Assembly: GCA_023379805.1 (NCBI GenBank)
Contig: JAMCPI010000017.1
Span: 19,977-83,976, forward strand
Direction of reading: 5' to 3'
DNA from: Nitrososphaerota archaeon
Lineage (GTDB): Archaea; Thermoproteota; Nitrososphaeria; Nitrososphaerales; JACPRH01
DNA length: 64,000 bases
Below the pieces are notes generated by a model, which was not told the DNA's origin, made no database searches, and saw only the letters and a list, made by a program, of their open reading frames with translations. Below, piece after piece: positions 63,819-64,000 of the stretch. A program made the position numbers and the translations under genes. Every line of letters starts with the position of its first letter. Position 1 is the first letter of the stretch.

Positions 63819-64000
63819 CATGACGCGAGATCAGATACACATTAGAGCAGAAATCACTGTAGAAGAAGGAAAGACGGAGGAGTTTAAGAAACTAATACAA
63901 GGGATGAGCAGAGCAGTGGAGGCTAACGAGCCGAACACAATACAATACCGGTTTTATCTTGATAGAGCTGGAACAAAGTGTGTTGTGAACGAAATATATC
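63819..64000 (+). CDS. ABM (antibiotic-biosynthesis-monooxygenase-like) domain protein, 3' end outside window
   Basis: The ATG at 63819 gives MTRDQIHIRAEITVEEGKTEEFKKLIQGMSRAVEANEPNTIQYRFYLDRAGTKCVVNEIY, the typical ferredoxin-like ABM N-terminus. It runs off the window. Confidence 0.45.

Overview
This is an archaeal chromosomal window of about 50% GC. The archaeal assignment rests on the informational genes present: PCNA, PriL/PriS, a GINS-like gene, Rpo11, TFS, L44e, S27e, Nop10, AglB, a type IA topoisomerase, Hef and Tmk. The lineage cannot be fixed from sequence alone. I recognised no rRNA, tRNA, CRISPR array or transposase. The standout feature is a family of eight co-oriented paralogs of about 710-750 aa. 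Seven lie in tandem at 12.1-30.1 kb and one lies at 45.2-47.4 kb. They encode secreted PQQ-dehydrogenase-like 8-bladed beta-propellers. Each has a Sec signal peptide, a propeller carrying the D-Y-D motif typical of lanthanide-type quinoproteins, a Thr-rich stalk, and a conserved C-terminal tail (GLP[SA]E[VI]TY, then a TM helix, then RKK) that looks like an undescribed sortase-type sorting signal. The family has three distinct conserved promoter classes and a conserved GATC-containing terminator hairpin. It also shows gene conversion at the 3' ends, and one copy is broken by a 1-nt homopolymer frameshift. A roughly 100-nt intergenic element with a covarying hairpin recurs five times, mostly just downstream of these genes, and is a candidate new structured RNA. 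A membrane-anchored multihaem c-type cytochrome (42912-43835) lies near the eighth paralog and is a plausible electron acceptor. The 3-8 kb and 10-11.5 kb regions form a small accessory and defence islet. It holds an ArsR regulator with a nested-palindrome operator, a TIR/SLOG-like protein, a wHTH-MNT gene with a decayed HEPN partner, a 983-aa Type IIG-like methyltransferase fusion, and tandem VapBC/AbrB-PIN cassettes with a PIN remnant. An AbiE-like pair sits at 31.6-33 kb. The rest is housekeeping (IlvE, PheA, CofE, YjbQ, TrmO, nicotinamidase-like, Nudix, Clp1-like kinase, HD dNTPase), plus a Nudix-e2b2 fusion. All family assignments come from motif recognition by eye and memory. No searches were run.
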